From: Octopus bimaculoides
Taxonomy: Eukaryota
Reading direction: 5' to 3'
Assembly: GCF_001194135.2 (NCBI RefSeq)
Contig: NC_068997.1
Coordinates: 3,193,859 to 3,257,858 of the forward strand
Length of the DNA stretch: 64,000 nt
In this document: piece after piece, positions 13,457 to 26,810 of the stretch
Numbering within the stretch: the stretch's first letter is position 1
Layout: each line of letters starts with the position of its first letter
Notes under the pieces: generated by a model
Told to the model about the DNA's origin: nothing
The model's database searches: none
The model's input: only the letters and a program-made list of their open reading frames with translations
Program-made: the position numbers and the translations under genes

Positions 13457-13715
13457 AATACACACACACACATGCGCCACGTATATTACATACATATATT
13501 TATGTATATATATTTCTATAAATCTGTATGTATGGATGTATGTATAATATATATGTATGTGTGTATGTATAACATGTCTATATAGTGTAAATTTGTAGAT
13601 ATATAACAGATATATGTCTATAAATATATAACATTTATGTATGTGTCCATGCGTTCGTACCGATGTCTATTAATCAAATTTTCTGCCCCACTATCGTCGT
13701 TCTCCCCTTCTAAAT

Positions 13716-13844
13716 CTAAAGTTCTTCTTTTTCTTCTTCTTCTTCTTCTTCTTCTTCTTCTTCTTCTTCTTCTTCTTCTTCTTCTTCTTCTTCTTCTTCT
13801 TCTTCTTCTTCTTCTTCTTCTTCTTCTTCTTCTTCTTCTTCTTC
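13716..13844. repeat. (TTC)n microsatellite running into a gap
   Basis: Read directly from the sequence. Confidence 0.95.
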
Positions 13845-14682
13845 NNNNNNNNNNNNNNNNNNNNNNNNNNNNNNNNNNNNNNNNNNNNNNNNNNNNNNNN
13901 NNNNNNNNNNNNNNNNNNNNNNNNNNNNNNNNNNNNNNNNNNNNNNNNNNNNNNNNNNNNNNNNNNNNNNNNNNNNNNNNNNNNNNNNNNNNNNNNNNNN
14001 NNNNNNNNNNNNNNNNNNNNNNNNNNNNNNNNNNNNNNNNNNNNNNNNNNNNNNNNNNNNNNNNNNNNNNNNNNNATATATATATATATGTATATATACA
14101 TATATGTATGTATGTATCTACAATATATATATAATACATATATATTTATATATAAATGCATATACATATATATATATATATTCACATATATATACATACA
14201 TACACACGCACGCCTACACACACACACAAACACATAAGATATTCATACACACACATATATGAATATTAGACTTCAATATATTCTTGTCTCATAGANNNNN
14301 NNNNNTTAGACTTCAATATATTCTTGTCTCATAGACCTTCTCATTATCTCTCTCTGGCTCTCTGTTTTACACTGTCTTATCCTCTGTTCCCCTCTCACCA
14401 TCACACTCCCACATTCAAACTTTCCTTATATCTCCATCTCCCTATTCTCTCAGCTCCCTACTCTTACCTCATATTCCATCCTCTAACACTAACGCCACCG
14501 ATCCTTCAACTCCACCCTCAATACTGTCGCCATCCCATTAATATATAGTAACAATACTTACAACTAACTCCCTGCGGCTTAGACTAAAATAGACACACCG
14601 ATCTTGTATTACATTCACTTATTCGATTATTAAATTGATTTTTTGACTTCAGCTTCCATAATACACACACATGTATTACCAA

Positions 14683-14776
<94 letters not shown>

Positions 14777-15047
14777 GTATGTTTGTATGTGTGTATGTGT
14801 ATGTATCGGTGTACATAAACACAAAGACAGAAACCCACATACATGTAAGTAGGTACGCATGCATATCGATATCTATGTATATATACATGTGTGTGTATGG
14901 GCGTATAACATAATGTGTATATATGAAGCGAAAGCTAGTGACTGAAGCAAAGATGGTACACTTTTATTTTTACTCCTATTCGTTTACCATATATTTAATT
15001 GCATCCTCCACATCCAGCCATATCCAGAATACTACCATGTAGAGAAA

Positions 15048-15090
<43 letters not shown>

Positions 15091-16229
15091 CGTATATGTA
15101 TATATATATNNNNNNNNNNNNNNNNNNNNNNNNNNNNNNNNNNNNNNNNNNNNNNNNNNNNNNNNNNNNNNNNNNNNNNNNNNNNNNNNNNNNNNNNNNN
15201 NNNNNNNNNNNNNNNNNNNNNNNNNNNNNNNNNNNNNNNNNNNNNNNNNNNNNNNNNNNNNNNNNNNNNNNNNNNNNNNNNNNNNNNNNNNNNNNNNNNN
15301 NNNNNNNNNNNNNNNNNNNNNNNNNNNNNNNNNNNNNNNNNNNNNNNNNNNNNNNNNNNNNNNNNNNNNNNNNNNNNNNNNNNNNNNNNNNNNNNNNNNN
15401 NNNNNNNNNNNNNNNNNNNNNNNNNNNNNNNNNNNNNNNNNNNNNNNNNNNNNNNNNNNNNNNNNNNNNNNNNNNNNNNNNNNNNNNNNNNNNNNNNNNN
15501 NNNNNNNNNNNNNNNNNNNNNNNNNNNNNNNNNNNNNNNNNNNNNNNNNNNNNNNNNNNNNNNNNNNNNNNNNNNNNNNNNNNNNNNNNNNNNNNNNNNN
15601 NNNNNNNNNNNNNNNNNNNNNNNNNNNNNNNNNNNNNNNNNNNNNNNNNNNNNNNNNNNNNNNNNNNNNNNNNNNNNNNNNNNNNNNNNNNNNNNNNNNN
15701 NNNNNNNNNNNNNNNNNNNNNNNNNNNNNNNNNNNNNNNNNNNNNNNNNNNNNNNNNNNNNNNNNNNNNNNNNNNNNNGGGGAGAGAGGAGGGAGAGAGG
15801 GGAGAGAGGAGGGAGAGAGGGGAGAGACAGAGATAATATTTATGCATATGTTGGTATAAATATTAGTGGGTACGAGAGGTATTTGAGGACAGAATTATGA
15901 ATGTATTACTCCCTTTAAACCAATTTTTAAAAGACAGTCTTTTAATCCCCCATAGTAGTTAAGACGCTATCACTAGAAATGAAACGATATGCAGTCATAC
16001 TTGTCACATGTGCAGAACGCAGGTTTTCGAAATTCCCAAGTTTCTAAATGTTGTAAGATCTTTTCTACAGAAAGATCAGATAGAACTGAAAGTCTGTAGC
16101 GGGAATATTTCAAATGTATCACAGATAAAAAGCCTGCTAAACATTTGAACACCATAAGAACAATGCAATTCCTCTAACCAGCTCACTACATTACTTACGA
16201 TGATCCCAGAATATTAATGGGACCTATTG

Positions 16230-16900
16230 CAAAAGAATTTTACGTGTGGACTATTAGAACTGTGGTGGACGAAGGCATTCGACACAAGGGGAATCTAGTG
16301 AGGACAGGGAAATTTCTGCCTGCAAAGCCAAGAAATCCTCCTGGTGTGTGTCAATCGTTTATTTAACAAAGTTAAAAGACTTCACGAAAACGGTATGCTT
16401 TCGTTCAGTTCTGATGACAAAAGCATAAATCAAAACCAAAAAATCTATCAGAAGAAATGAGAGATGGTTACGTCCAAATCATTCTGATGACCCAACACTG
16501 ATACGCTCTAAGTTTCCAGTAACTGGGGTAGTTTTATGGGCAGTGAATAACAAAGGTCATGTCAGGCCACCTTTCCATGCGGTCTTAGAATTAATTCTGC
16601 TGGATACGCTGAAGGGTGGAAACAATTCTGAACCTCTGGGTAGATGAATTATGCTGTGGAATATCACACATGCTTTCTCATAAAGCTTATGCAGCTCAAA
16701 AATGGATGTCAAACATTCTTTACGATCATTTAATACCAGACTTGTGGTCTCCAAGTATTTCATGTTTGAATCCTATGGACTATTATGTTTGAAGTGCTAT
16801 TGAGAGGGAAGCTGATGAACATCCTCACTATACTATAGATTCATAGAAGGACGCCATTGTTCAGATGATGGCCAGCATGAATAAGAACCATTTAACTAAC
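16230..16900 (+). mobile_element. Decayed Tc1/mariner transposase (DD37D/maT-like)
   Basis: FSSDDK (FSDEK-like), PCGLRINS, NPMDYYV*SAIEREADEHPH..AIVQMMASMNK; many stops and frameshifts; homologous to 18062-18630 and 30760-31460. Confidence 0.75.
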
Positions 16901-17220
16901 TGGCACTCTGTCGGTTAAAACGACGAGTGTCTCAGTTGATCCGTTCAACAGAACAGCCTGCTCGTGAAATTAATATGCAAGTGGCTGAGCACACCAAAGA
17001 CACGCGTACTCTTAATGTATTTCTCAGGGAGATTCGGCGTGACACAGAATGGGACAAGATTGCCCCTGTGAATTACAAGTACAACTAATCTTTGCCACTC
17101 GAGTGAATTGGAGAAACATGAAATAAAGTGTCTTGCTTAAAGACACAACCTGCTACCGGGAATCGAACTCATGACCTTACGATCATGGGCCGATTAAGCT
17201 TACCACTAAGCCACGCGCAT
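16900..17220 (-). mobile_element. tRNA-derived SINE family E
   Basis: Reverse complement starts GCGTGGCTTAGTGGTAAG..GAGTTCGATTCCCGG, then a CORE-like GTGTCTTTAAGCAAGACACTTTATTTC and a non-coding body. Confidence 0.75.
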
Positions 17221-17741
17221 ACACAATTTAGTGTAGGCATGTCGACGATTCCGGTCCAGCATAGAAGCAATGATCGAAGTTGGAGTGGTATTCATAGAAT
17301 ATTCTTATAAGAAAACTTATCAAATACATGTGCACATTTTTATTATTATTATTAAAATCCATTTGCTTTTTGTTAGATTGAGATGGTTTATCAAATTACC
17401 AAATGTCCTCCAATACCTCTTGCATACTGTGTGTATACATACATTTACATATACACACAGACCACATACACACGCACACATATATAGGCATATATTTGAT
17501 TCACTCTTTTTCGCCTCATATATATGTGTGTCTATGTGTGCGTCCATGTGTATGTAAGTATGTATCTTCACATGTTTATGTGTATATATATATATATATA
17601 AATACAGTGTGCGTAAGATATTTGAGAACAGATTTATGTTTATAAAGAAAAACAGATATATAATAACAGATAACTATATTTATCAAAAAATGCTATGAGG
17701 ATAAAAATAGACCTTTTCTATAATTTTATTCAATAAAGCGT

Positions 17742-18050
17742 GGAGACGCAATGTCCCAGTAGTTAGGGCAGCGGACTCGCGGTCGGAGGATCGCGGTTTT
17801 GATTCCCAGACCGGGTGTTGTGTGTGTTTTTTTGAGCGAAAACATCTAAAGCTCCACGAGGCTCACGCAGTGGGTGATGACGACTCCTGTTGTACTCTTT
17901 CGTCCCAACTTTCTCTCACCCTTTCTTCCTGTTTCTTGAGTAAAGCTGCGATGGACTGGCGCCTCGTCCAGGTGGTGAGGAACACGTACGCCATAGAAAC
18001 CGGGAAACCGGGAGCATGAGCCTGGCTAGGCTTTAAAAGAGCGCATAAAT
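17742..18050 (+). mobile_element. tRNA-derived SINE family C, near full length
   Basis: GACGCAATGTCCCAGTAGTTAGGGCAGCGGACTCGCGGTCGGAGGATCGCGGTTTTGATTCCC..GCGATGGACTGGCGCCTCGTCCAGG, A-rich tail. Confidence 0.88.
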
Positions 18051-18061
18051 AATAAAAATTC

Positions 18062-18630
18062 AATAAAGTCACCTTCACCTTCAACAATAGCTTCTGTATG
18101 AGATCTAAATCATTGACATGCTCGAATCAAGTGGTCCTGGTTCATTTCCGACATTACTCTGACTATGGCAGCTTTCAAAGAATGTTTGGTGTTATGGGTG
18201 TGTTCAATGACCTCTCTTTCAACAACGCTCCACATGTAATAGTACAATGGATTGAGATCTGGGGAATTAGGAGGCCAAATGTTGGAGGTTATGTGATCAT
18301 GAAAATGTTCAGCCATCCATTCCTGTGGTAATAAAACCATGTGTAATACATATATAGCCTTCCATTGCATACACTGTCTATTCAGGGCTTAACAATTATT
18401 TCCAGGACATCAATGTAGGCGGCAGAGCTAACTCTAAGGCCTTGTGGAAAGAAGTAAGGAGGCATCACATGTCTTTCGTTGCTGAAAACCCCTAAAACTG
18501 ACAGTTTCAGGAAATTGCTTATGTATAACACTTGGCGATTCGGAAGGGTCTGCAAGTAACCATTTCTCATTTCTTCTGTTATCTTTTTGATCCTGGTCGA
18601 AATTTTTCTCGTTGGAGAAAAACTAAATTA
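18062..18630 (-). mobile_element. Decayed Tc1/mariner transposase (DD37D/maT-like)
   Basis: FFSNEKNFDQDQK..VMPPYFFPQGLRV..WPPNSPDLNPLYYYMWSVVERE..LKAAIVRVM..GDFIE*. Confidence 0.85.
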
Positions 18631-18639
18631 AATCTTCAT

Positions 18640-18805
18640 CGACCCTAGTAATCAACTGTTACTTATTTTACAGACCCCGAAAGGAATGGGATAAAAGGCA
18701 AAATCAACCATAGCAGAATTTAAACTCAGACCGTAAAGATGGACGAAATGCCACTGAGCATTTCAGCCGTCGTGCTGACGATTCTGTCAGTTGACCGCCT
18801 TACTT
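18640..18805 (-). mobile_element. SINE family A
   Basis: GACCCCGAAAGGAATGGGATAAAAGGCAAAATCAACC..GAATTTAAACTCAGA is the reverse complement of the core and B-box. Confidence 0.75.
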
Positions 18806-20699
18806 CATATTGCAAAAATTTCACTATGCATTGTATACTTATATTTCATACAGGCTTCCCTGCATAATTTAATACCACTACGAGATACTGTACACCTATG
18901 TTATATACGGGGCTTTCGGTACGTTAATACGAAAACTTGGTTCTACGTGGAATATTTTCAGTATAATCAATAAACACCAAAATAAAGGAAACTTAAGATA
19001 TACATAATTTCATCTTACAATTCATGATATTTCTCTCCTGAGCTAAACTTATTGGCCTGCTTCCTGTTAAAGATATTTGCCACCTCAAGGAAACATTAAT
19101 GCAATCACAATATCTTGATTAAATATAAAAGCATAAAAGAATTTCTGTTATGTAAACACATTTAAATATGTACTTGCTGAACGACGGAAACGGAAAAAGC
19201 TTGCATTAAATCACAGCAATGCGAAGTGACAATTCTTAAAAACGTTCTTCACTCTGAATAACTCTGTAGTCTCACCTGTCTTTTAGGAATCGTATTAAAA
19301 GTGTATTATGTAATTATATCAACTTATCTACAATATCCGCATATACAATGAAGAATGTATGAAATAAGTATCATATGTGTGTGTGTGTGTGTGTGTGTGT
19401 GCGTGAGTGCGTGCGTGTTAATATTGCACAAAAATCCATTATATTTCTAGTAAGGACGAATCTCTCCCAATATATTTTTAGTTCGATTCTTTGTTGGATT
19501 AACTTAACCATTCATCTTGCCGAGGTTTATTGGTTAACTACATAGAATCAAATAGTTTTTAATACTTCCAGTCACTGAATTCCAACCATGATGGGGCGAT
19601 ATCTTTATTTATATATATTTTATTTTTTATCGATCAAGCCGACTCTAATATTTATTTCAGTCAGGTTCTTATTTTCTCAATGTTTGGTGATCGAACGTCT
19701 ATAACTTTCGACATAAAGAGACGCAGATCGACGCTAGACAAAAAAACATAATATCTACAAACACACAAAACATGCAAACATATACATATATATGCATATG
19801 AATGCAGACGTATATTGCAGTCTTTAACGAACTAAAAATAAGAGGATTAATTCAATGTAATTATAAAGTGTGAATTGTGAAATCCCCGTTGCTAACATCG
19901 AAGAATCACAAGCAATACTTTCTTCTAAGTTATGTCTATTGAAGTACTGTACATTTCCTTTTGGCTTCCGGTACTGCATCTGAACACCCTACTCAATAAT
20001 TCCTTGAATGCTGCTTGTCAGCTTATTCACCAACCAGCGTGTACCACATTCCTCCCCCCCCCCCATACACACACACACACACTTCATGCAGAAACAACAA
20101 ACGAAGATCGAGTCCACCTCCTAACGACTAGCTATGCAAATGCAGTTTTATCTCTTTTATTCCTCGTGCAAAAATTTAATACATTTCGCTCGCTGTGGTC
20201 TCTTATTTCTTCAGCTTTTCGCCACTCTGCCAGAAACCGTTGCGAACTTCCAGATATTCGATTGCAATTCCAATGAATAGGTTTTGAGAAGAGCCACATA
20301 ACCAGAAACCGAAGTCTGAGCGACTCCCTTGATTTCTTGCACAGCACGCTCTGGCTGATTCCTCATCTTTTAAATTCAGTGGAGACAGCAGCAATTCCAA
20401 TGTGGAGCCAATTATAGACTGGGGAAATTTCGCTGAGAGTGAAAGAATATCACTCAGTAAAGCTGTACTGTTCTCTCCTATACTACCGTCACGCTATATT
20501 GTTCTCTCCTATAGTACCGTCAAAATCTTGTCCTCTTTTTATTTGACAGCTTCCACCATAAAGCAAATGTTATCTGCCATATGCGACCATTTTAACTGGA
20601 TCCCTCTTATACTCTCAGAAAGGCCTCAATACTATACGGGTAACTATATTATATATATGCAAAGTACAAAATTGGAATGGAGTGCCGCTTCAGTGTTTC

Positions 20700-21500
20700 A
20701 CTAAATGAATTTCACAATTATTTCTAAGGCAGACAATGAATTGACAATGTTTCAAATTCTAGACGCCATCAGCAATCATTTCTGTTCATGCACAATTACA
20801 ATGTAATGTGAGATGATACGTTTAACTGTCTCGTATAAGCATACTAAATTTTCACAACACCACAGTATAAAAACATATAAGTGCAAGATATTTTCTTTAC
20901 AGATGCATGATATGTTTCCATAACATTACACTTACGAGTTATTCAAAACTCAAGTAGAAAATATGTTTTCCTATGAAGCTGGAATATTTTATAATATTTC
21001 AGATCTACCTGCGATGTAAGTAACCCCGAGAAAGAAAATATTCATAAGTTGCTTACTTAAGAGGGCAGCTTTAGAAGTTGCTAATTCATCTGACTTCATA
21101 TGTTAAATTTGGTGGTATTGTAAAGCAACATGACTTTAATAAGTGCATATGAAAGAAATGGAATCTGCGAAAACAGTCTTGGAGAATGGATGGGTATTTT
21201 TGTGAGGATTTTGTCATATTATGCATATTAATTTTTCCGTCGTAAGAGCTGGCAATGTCTCATCGCATTGGTGCAAGGTTTTCATTACTCTTGGATGTTG
21301 TTTTATATTACATTGGATATTATTCTTGTTTCTGAAGGATCTCAGTGTCTTTCATGTACCCTTTAATATTTAATTCTTCATTCTGTTATATCTTCTGCAT
21401 TCGGTGTTAGTCTCTATTTTTATCGATGAAGTTCACTTCTCCATATTTTAATGACACAGTTGGTTGTGTACACGCCTCTTTATTTCTACAGGTGTAATTG
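20700..21500 (-). mobile_element. Highly decayed Penelope-like linker/GIY-YIG remnant (tentative)
   Basis: Broken motifs KYPSILQD, LLKS..IPPNL, WCCENL, VHEQK occur in the same order as in the 9222-9845 copy; many stops. Confidence 0.4.
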
Positions 21501-21971
21501 TCTGCCACATGTGATTTTTGTACATGTATTACTATGTGATGAGTGTTGCTCAATATACATTTTAGCAGCGTCTAAGAGAAGATTATCCTATAACAGAGCT
21601 AGCTAAGGAAGTGTGTATCTGACAAAATTTTTTCAGGTATATTTTTAAAAAAATAGAGGGTACCATCACACTGATAAATTGGCGATTAATCGTAGACTGG
21701 GAGACGAATTATGTACACATGTGCATGCGAGCAGATCATCGCGAAAGGTCGGGTTTGAGGCCCAAACGTCCGAGTGCATTTTCGAGGCTTAGAAAAAACT
21801 GAAGAATTGCCTCAAGAACTTTTCAGCACGCCTTCTTATATACTTATGTATATATGTAAACTTAGATTCAGATGAATATGGTACTTAAGTTGAGGCACCA
21901 GAATTTAATACGGTATTATCCATACAATTTCAAAATAAGGTGATTAAAGTCAAAATAAGCATCAAGGATGT

Positions 21972-22212
21972 AATGCAATCATTACATCAATTTAAATACA
22001 GAGCAATCCTCAGCTGCATAAAGACATAGAATTTAAATTTAGTAGCTTCTGAGCTGAAATGAAGACAGCATGTTCTCTGTCTATCTCTTTACCTTCTTGG
22101 AGATTTTAGGTAAAATTATACTTATGCGTCCATCTGTTTTAATTTAATTAAATTATATGACTTAATGCAGCTGAGGATTGCTCTACATTTAAATTGATGT
22201 AATGATTGTATT
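21972..22212. mobile_element. Foldback/MITE-like element with long inverted arms (about 65 bp)
   Basis: CAATCATTACATCAATTTAAATACAGAGCAATCCTCAGCTGCAT pairs with ATGCAGCTGAGGATTGCTCTACATTTAAATTGATGTAATGATTG; pairing extends inward with mismatches. Confidence 0.75.
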
Positions 22213-22594
22213 GTTCAATTAGATAGAGTTGCTTGAAACGATCGTACTGCATTAGAACAATTGTCGTCGTCAAATAAAGGTGACTAAGGATGTCAAGACA
22301 CTTACATTGCTAGAAATAAGAGCTAAAATGCTCCGAGCTGTTATAAACACATACCATATATTCTGATAGGGGCTGCACTCGCCCCGGATACCGAATCAAG
22401 AATTTCCTTAGACTGACCGGTAAGTTTCGGCTACTTCCGTAGCCAATCGTTAGTAAGGCCAGCTCTTTCGGCAGATCCCGGGCTACATCAACCTATTAGA
22501 ATATATATATTTACCATAACATTTATGGGTGATTTAGCAGATTGCTAATGAGTATACAAAAATTAATACACAATCTGCTATGGCACCACCTTAA

Positions 22595-22750
22595 AGGATG
22601 AGTCGAACAAATCGACCCCCAGTACTTATTTTTTAAGGCCTTAAACATAATTTATCGATATCTTTGCCGAACCCTTAGGTAACGGAACCGTAAACAAAGC
22701 AAAATCGGTTGTCAAGCGGTTGTGAAGGACAAGAACAAATACAAAGTCAC
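22595..22750 (-). mobile_element. SINE family B 3' module next to (AC)n
   Basis: GAGTCGAACAAATCGACCCCCAGTACTTATTT..GCCGAACC..TGTCAAGCGGT. Confidence 0.8.
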
Positions 22751-22776
22751 ACTGACAGACACACACATGCACACTG

Positions 22777-22843
<67 letters not shown>

Positions 22844-23559
22844 GCTGCGNNNNNNNNNNTTTTAACTTATGCAATACATATTTCTGTTATACCTATATAT
22901 ATATAAAAAAACAGAGATAGAAAATTATTTTATCACATAAAAAATGCTTTGATATAACAAATTTACTGAGTAAATATTGGTGTATATTTTCAAAAGCTGA
23001 TTTTTACACATCAAAATAAACAACAAAGATGGAGAGAATTACTGAAAAATGTTCGTATAAAAAGCTTTTATTGAATACTTTTAGTACATGTTATAACTAA
23101 AGTAGGTTCTGCAGGAGTCCATCGTCTCTGTATATCTCGCTATAGAGTTATTATTTTAGTTTCAATATTCCAATGAAGTCGCATATACCTACTCTATCAT
23201 ATGAGTCTATATTCACGAGGAAAATGTCTATTAAATCGAATTTTATTTACTCGATTCTTTATCAAAGAGTAAAGTTTATGATCTTTTAATCTCTGCTATC
23301 AGTATCGTAACAGCTTTTCCGAAGCGAGTTCAACTGCATTATTTAGTAGAAAAACAGTTACAAGCAAGTCAAAGTCGACAATAACAGATTGCTTGAGTTT
23401 AGGATATATTTTGTTATTGTTATTATAAACATTATAATTACATTATTGCTGTTCCAGTGTTGTGATATAATCTCCCTAATTTTGTGGTTATTCTTCTATA
23501 GAATATTTTGCCTGTTAATCGTATTCCTGTCCTAGTTTGGGATGAGGAGTAAAATCTAG

Positions 23560-23735
23560 ACAACCGGTGTCGGCTTGCTTACGTTCCCGTAACTTAGTGG
23601 TTCGGTAAAAGGGATTGCTAGAATAAGTAACAGGCTTAAAAAATAAGTATCACGTTGATTTGCTCGACTAGTCACTTCAAGGTGGTACCGCAGTAAAGCC
23701 GCAGTCCTAGGGCTGAAAGATAAATAAAATGTGTT
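23560..23735 (+). mobile_element. SINE family B 3' module
   Basis: GACAACCGGTGT..GTAACTTAGTGGTTCGG..AATAAGTAACAGGCTTAAAAAATAAG..GGTGGTACCGCAG. Confidence 0.75.
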
Positions 23736-23994
23736 TATTTTAAATATAACTATGCCGAAGTCCAATGTATACATGGGGCTTTGTATAGTTTCTCTCAATC
23801 AAATACCAGTGTCAAAACAATCATCTTTGAGAAGCTAAACAGAAAGAAGACGTTGTTCAAGACGCCATACATTGGAATTGAAGCGAGAACGCCATGTGAT
23901 AGTAAAGCGAACATCTTAACGCCGTTCCTATACCTGCTTCTATTCAGAGACCAAGTTAAATGGTATTTCTGAATTATTTTCAACCGTGGTTTTG

Positions 23995-24418
23995 TTGTAA
24001 CAAGCTTTCGTCCCAACTAGATGGTCCCATGTTCAGTTCCACAGCTTGACGCCTTGAGCAAGTGTCTTCTACACTAGCCTCGAGTCCACAAAATCTTTTT
24101 TGTGAGTGGATTTGGTAGACGGAAACTGAGGGAAGTGTATACTACATATATATATAGAGAGAGAGAAACAGAGAGAGAGACAGAGCTCTATGTATGTGTG
24201 TGTGTCTTTCTGTTTGTCTTCCACCACCGCTTAACAACCGGTGTTGATGTGTATATGTCCCCGTAAATTAGCGGTTTGGTAAAATAGACCGATAGAATAA
24301 GTACCAAGCTTAAAAATAAGTCGTGGGGGGGGGGTATTTCTTCGACTAAAAACCTTCAGGTGCTCCAGCTTGGCCGCAGTCAAATGACTGAAACAAGTAA
24401 CAGATAAAAGAAAAAAGT
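23995..24418 (+). mobile_element. SINE family B with internal microsatellite
   Basis: GCCTTGAGCAAGTGTCTTCTACACTAGCC..GTGAGTGGATTTGGTAGACGGAAACTG, then (TA)(GA)(TG), then the 3' module ending AAACAAGTAACAGATAAAAG. Confidence 0.82.
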
Positions 24419-25213
24419 TAACCGCGGAAGTTTTTTAAAAGAGAAAATATGCTGTTTTGATGGTCATGCCGTTAACTATTGACATTAACTCAGTAAGTGA
24501 AAAGAGAAGAGAAAGGGAGGCTGATGTATTGTCATTTCATCACTAGTGAAAACATTGGGCACACAGGATGTTGTCGTTCTTGCTGTTTAATCTAAATTCA
24601 GCGTTGGTCACGCAAACATATGATAGAGGTTAATCAACCAGTGGCTATCATGTCATTTATTCAGATGAAGTGTGTATAAATGACTGCATTATTTAATGAG
24701 TGTTTCCTTGCTGTTGTCAAGCAGAGACTTTACAGATCTTTACTCAAAAGCCTTCCACTTATGAACAACTTTTCTCTTATTTAAACATAGTGCATTATAT
24801 AGTGTGTCCTTCTTCGCAGTTTCTTAAACCCGGGTTAGTTTTTGAATCATGAGACCTATAATCAAAACTAGTCCAGGCATGATCTTCCTAGCATTTCACG
24901 AATATATTTATCTTTCTCATGTTTAAACTGATGAAATGTAATTTGAGGGCGGTGTGACTGCTATTTCTAGCAAGTCGAGTAAACATTTAGTAAATATTTT
25001 GGATAGCCCGTGTGCATGGCGTTGGTAGGTTGGTTGTGTTGAGATGTCGGTTAAATACGAAACAATAAGACAGCCGTTCATTTCAAATTGTACAAACATT
25101 GATATAATTAATGTTCTTTTTCAAACAGGGACACCACCAAATAATTAGTTTAGAAACGAAAAAAAAAAAGACAACACAAAACAAATATAAATAACCAATA
25201 TATCTACAAGCAA

Positions 25214-25338
25214 GAAAATTGAATTATTATCATTATTATAATTATCATTATCGTCATCATCGTCGTCGTCATCGTCGTCGTCATCATCATCATCATCATC
25301 ATAAGCAGCTGCAGCAATAGTAGCAGCAGCAGCAGTAC

Positions 25339-25415
<77 letters not shown>
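25214..25415. repeat. Compound trinucleotide repeat (ATT-ATC-GTC-GCA-GTA)
   Basis: Read directly from the sequence. Confidence 0.9.
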
Positions 25416-26441
25416 ATGATAAATTCCAAATAATGACACGAAAATGATAGCAACAAGTATAAAAATGAGAAAGAAACGTGAGTTACATTAGGAATAATAA
25501 TAAAAGAACTTTTATTTTGTTGTTGTTTAGTAAGCGTGTAGCATGAAAGATAGAGGGAAGGGGGAAAGAGACAGACAAAGAAACCTTTCGAGAGAGAGAG
25601 AGAGGGGGGGGACAGAGAGATACAGACAAAGAAAGACAGACAGAGATATAGAAAAGCAGAAAGACAGACAGAGAGAGATAGAGAGATAAATTGGTGGCAT
25701 TTAAGCGAATATCAAACAACGACGAGATAACATTACTGTTTAATAACATAAAAACATACACAGAAGTAACAATGGACAAATATAACATAAGCAAACAAAA
25801 TGAAACGACAAATTTACAACAAAACATAGCCATAAACAAGCAGAATGTGATCCCAGTGGTGAGTAAAGAGTATTAAATGAGGAGTATTACGATATGGTTA
25901 TATATATGAACGGTCCATTGGGCAGAAGCTTTATCTTTTGTTTTATGCTAGAATATCAAAGAGATTTGTGGCGTAAATGAAATTTACAAGGAGAGAAACG
26001 GTCATATTTTATTTAATCAGTTGTCGAGGCTGTTGGATGGAAACGTAATCAACTGTTATGATGGCTGACGACGTCTTCTCAAAGTTTGAAAGAGCGTACA
26101 GAGTTGTCAGTAAATATGGCGGTCATTATGAGATATGTATGCAGACACGCACCACAAATAACCACACAGACACGTTGATACAGACGTCTATATATGTGGT
26201 GTTTGTTGCTCACACACACGCGCCCGTGCTCGCACACACACATACTCACTGAGAAAGATGGAGAAAGAGAGACAGTAGGAGGGAGATAGACGAAGATACT
26301 TTGATAACTAGATGAACTAATAGATCAATAGTTTCATACGTATATTTAAATATACATTGGTGTATGCCAGCACACATATTATATAGAGGACTAAAGAGGT
26401 GGGTAGAGGGTAGAGAACGAAAGTAAGATAAAGTGATATAC

Positions 26442-26501
<60 letters not shown>

Positions 26502-26590
26502 CCTGACATATACTTTGACCTATACACATTCTTATTCTGAACTAAAACCATATGCTCACACACACACATGTATATATAAATACATATATA

Positions 26591-26717
26591 CAGGGTGTCC
26601 ACAAAGTCTGGGTACATGGAGATCAACACATACTTTAGGAAATTATTATTTCTTATATTTAATTGTTTATGTTATGATTTTATTTACTCCATGTAGCCAG
26701 ACTTTGTGGACACCCTG
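26591..26717. mobile_element. 127-bp Tc1/mariner-type MITE with 31-bp TIRs and TA flanks
   Basis: TA|CAGGGTGTCCACAAAGTCTGGGTACATGGAG...CTCCATGTAGCCAGACTTTGTGGACACCCTG|TA; one mismatch between the TIRs. Confidence 0.9.
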
Positions 26718-26719
26718 TA

Positions 26720-26810
<91 letters not shown>

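Noticed and set aside
14266-14335. Exact duplication of about 30 bp around a 10-N gap
   Set aside because: Typical scaffolding overlap artefact, not a target-site duplication.
9963-15859. Longest ORFs in the track (246-286 aa) and similar ones at 39.6, 42.4 and 32.7 kb
   Set aside because: They are open only because they cross N gaps and dinucleotide repeats.
17742-17815. tRNA gene-like sequences here and at about 2850, 11290 and 17150
   Set aside because: They have A/B boxes but continue into shared SINE bodies and lack a proper cloverleaf with acceptor stem.
25145-25456. Poly-Thr/Ala/Asp ORF, and the similar ORFs at 3026-3527
   Set aside because: Translation of compound trinucleotide repeats with no splice or domain support.
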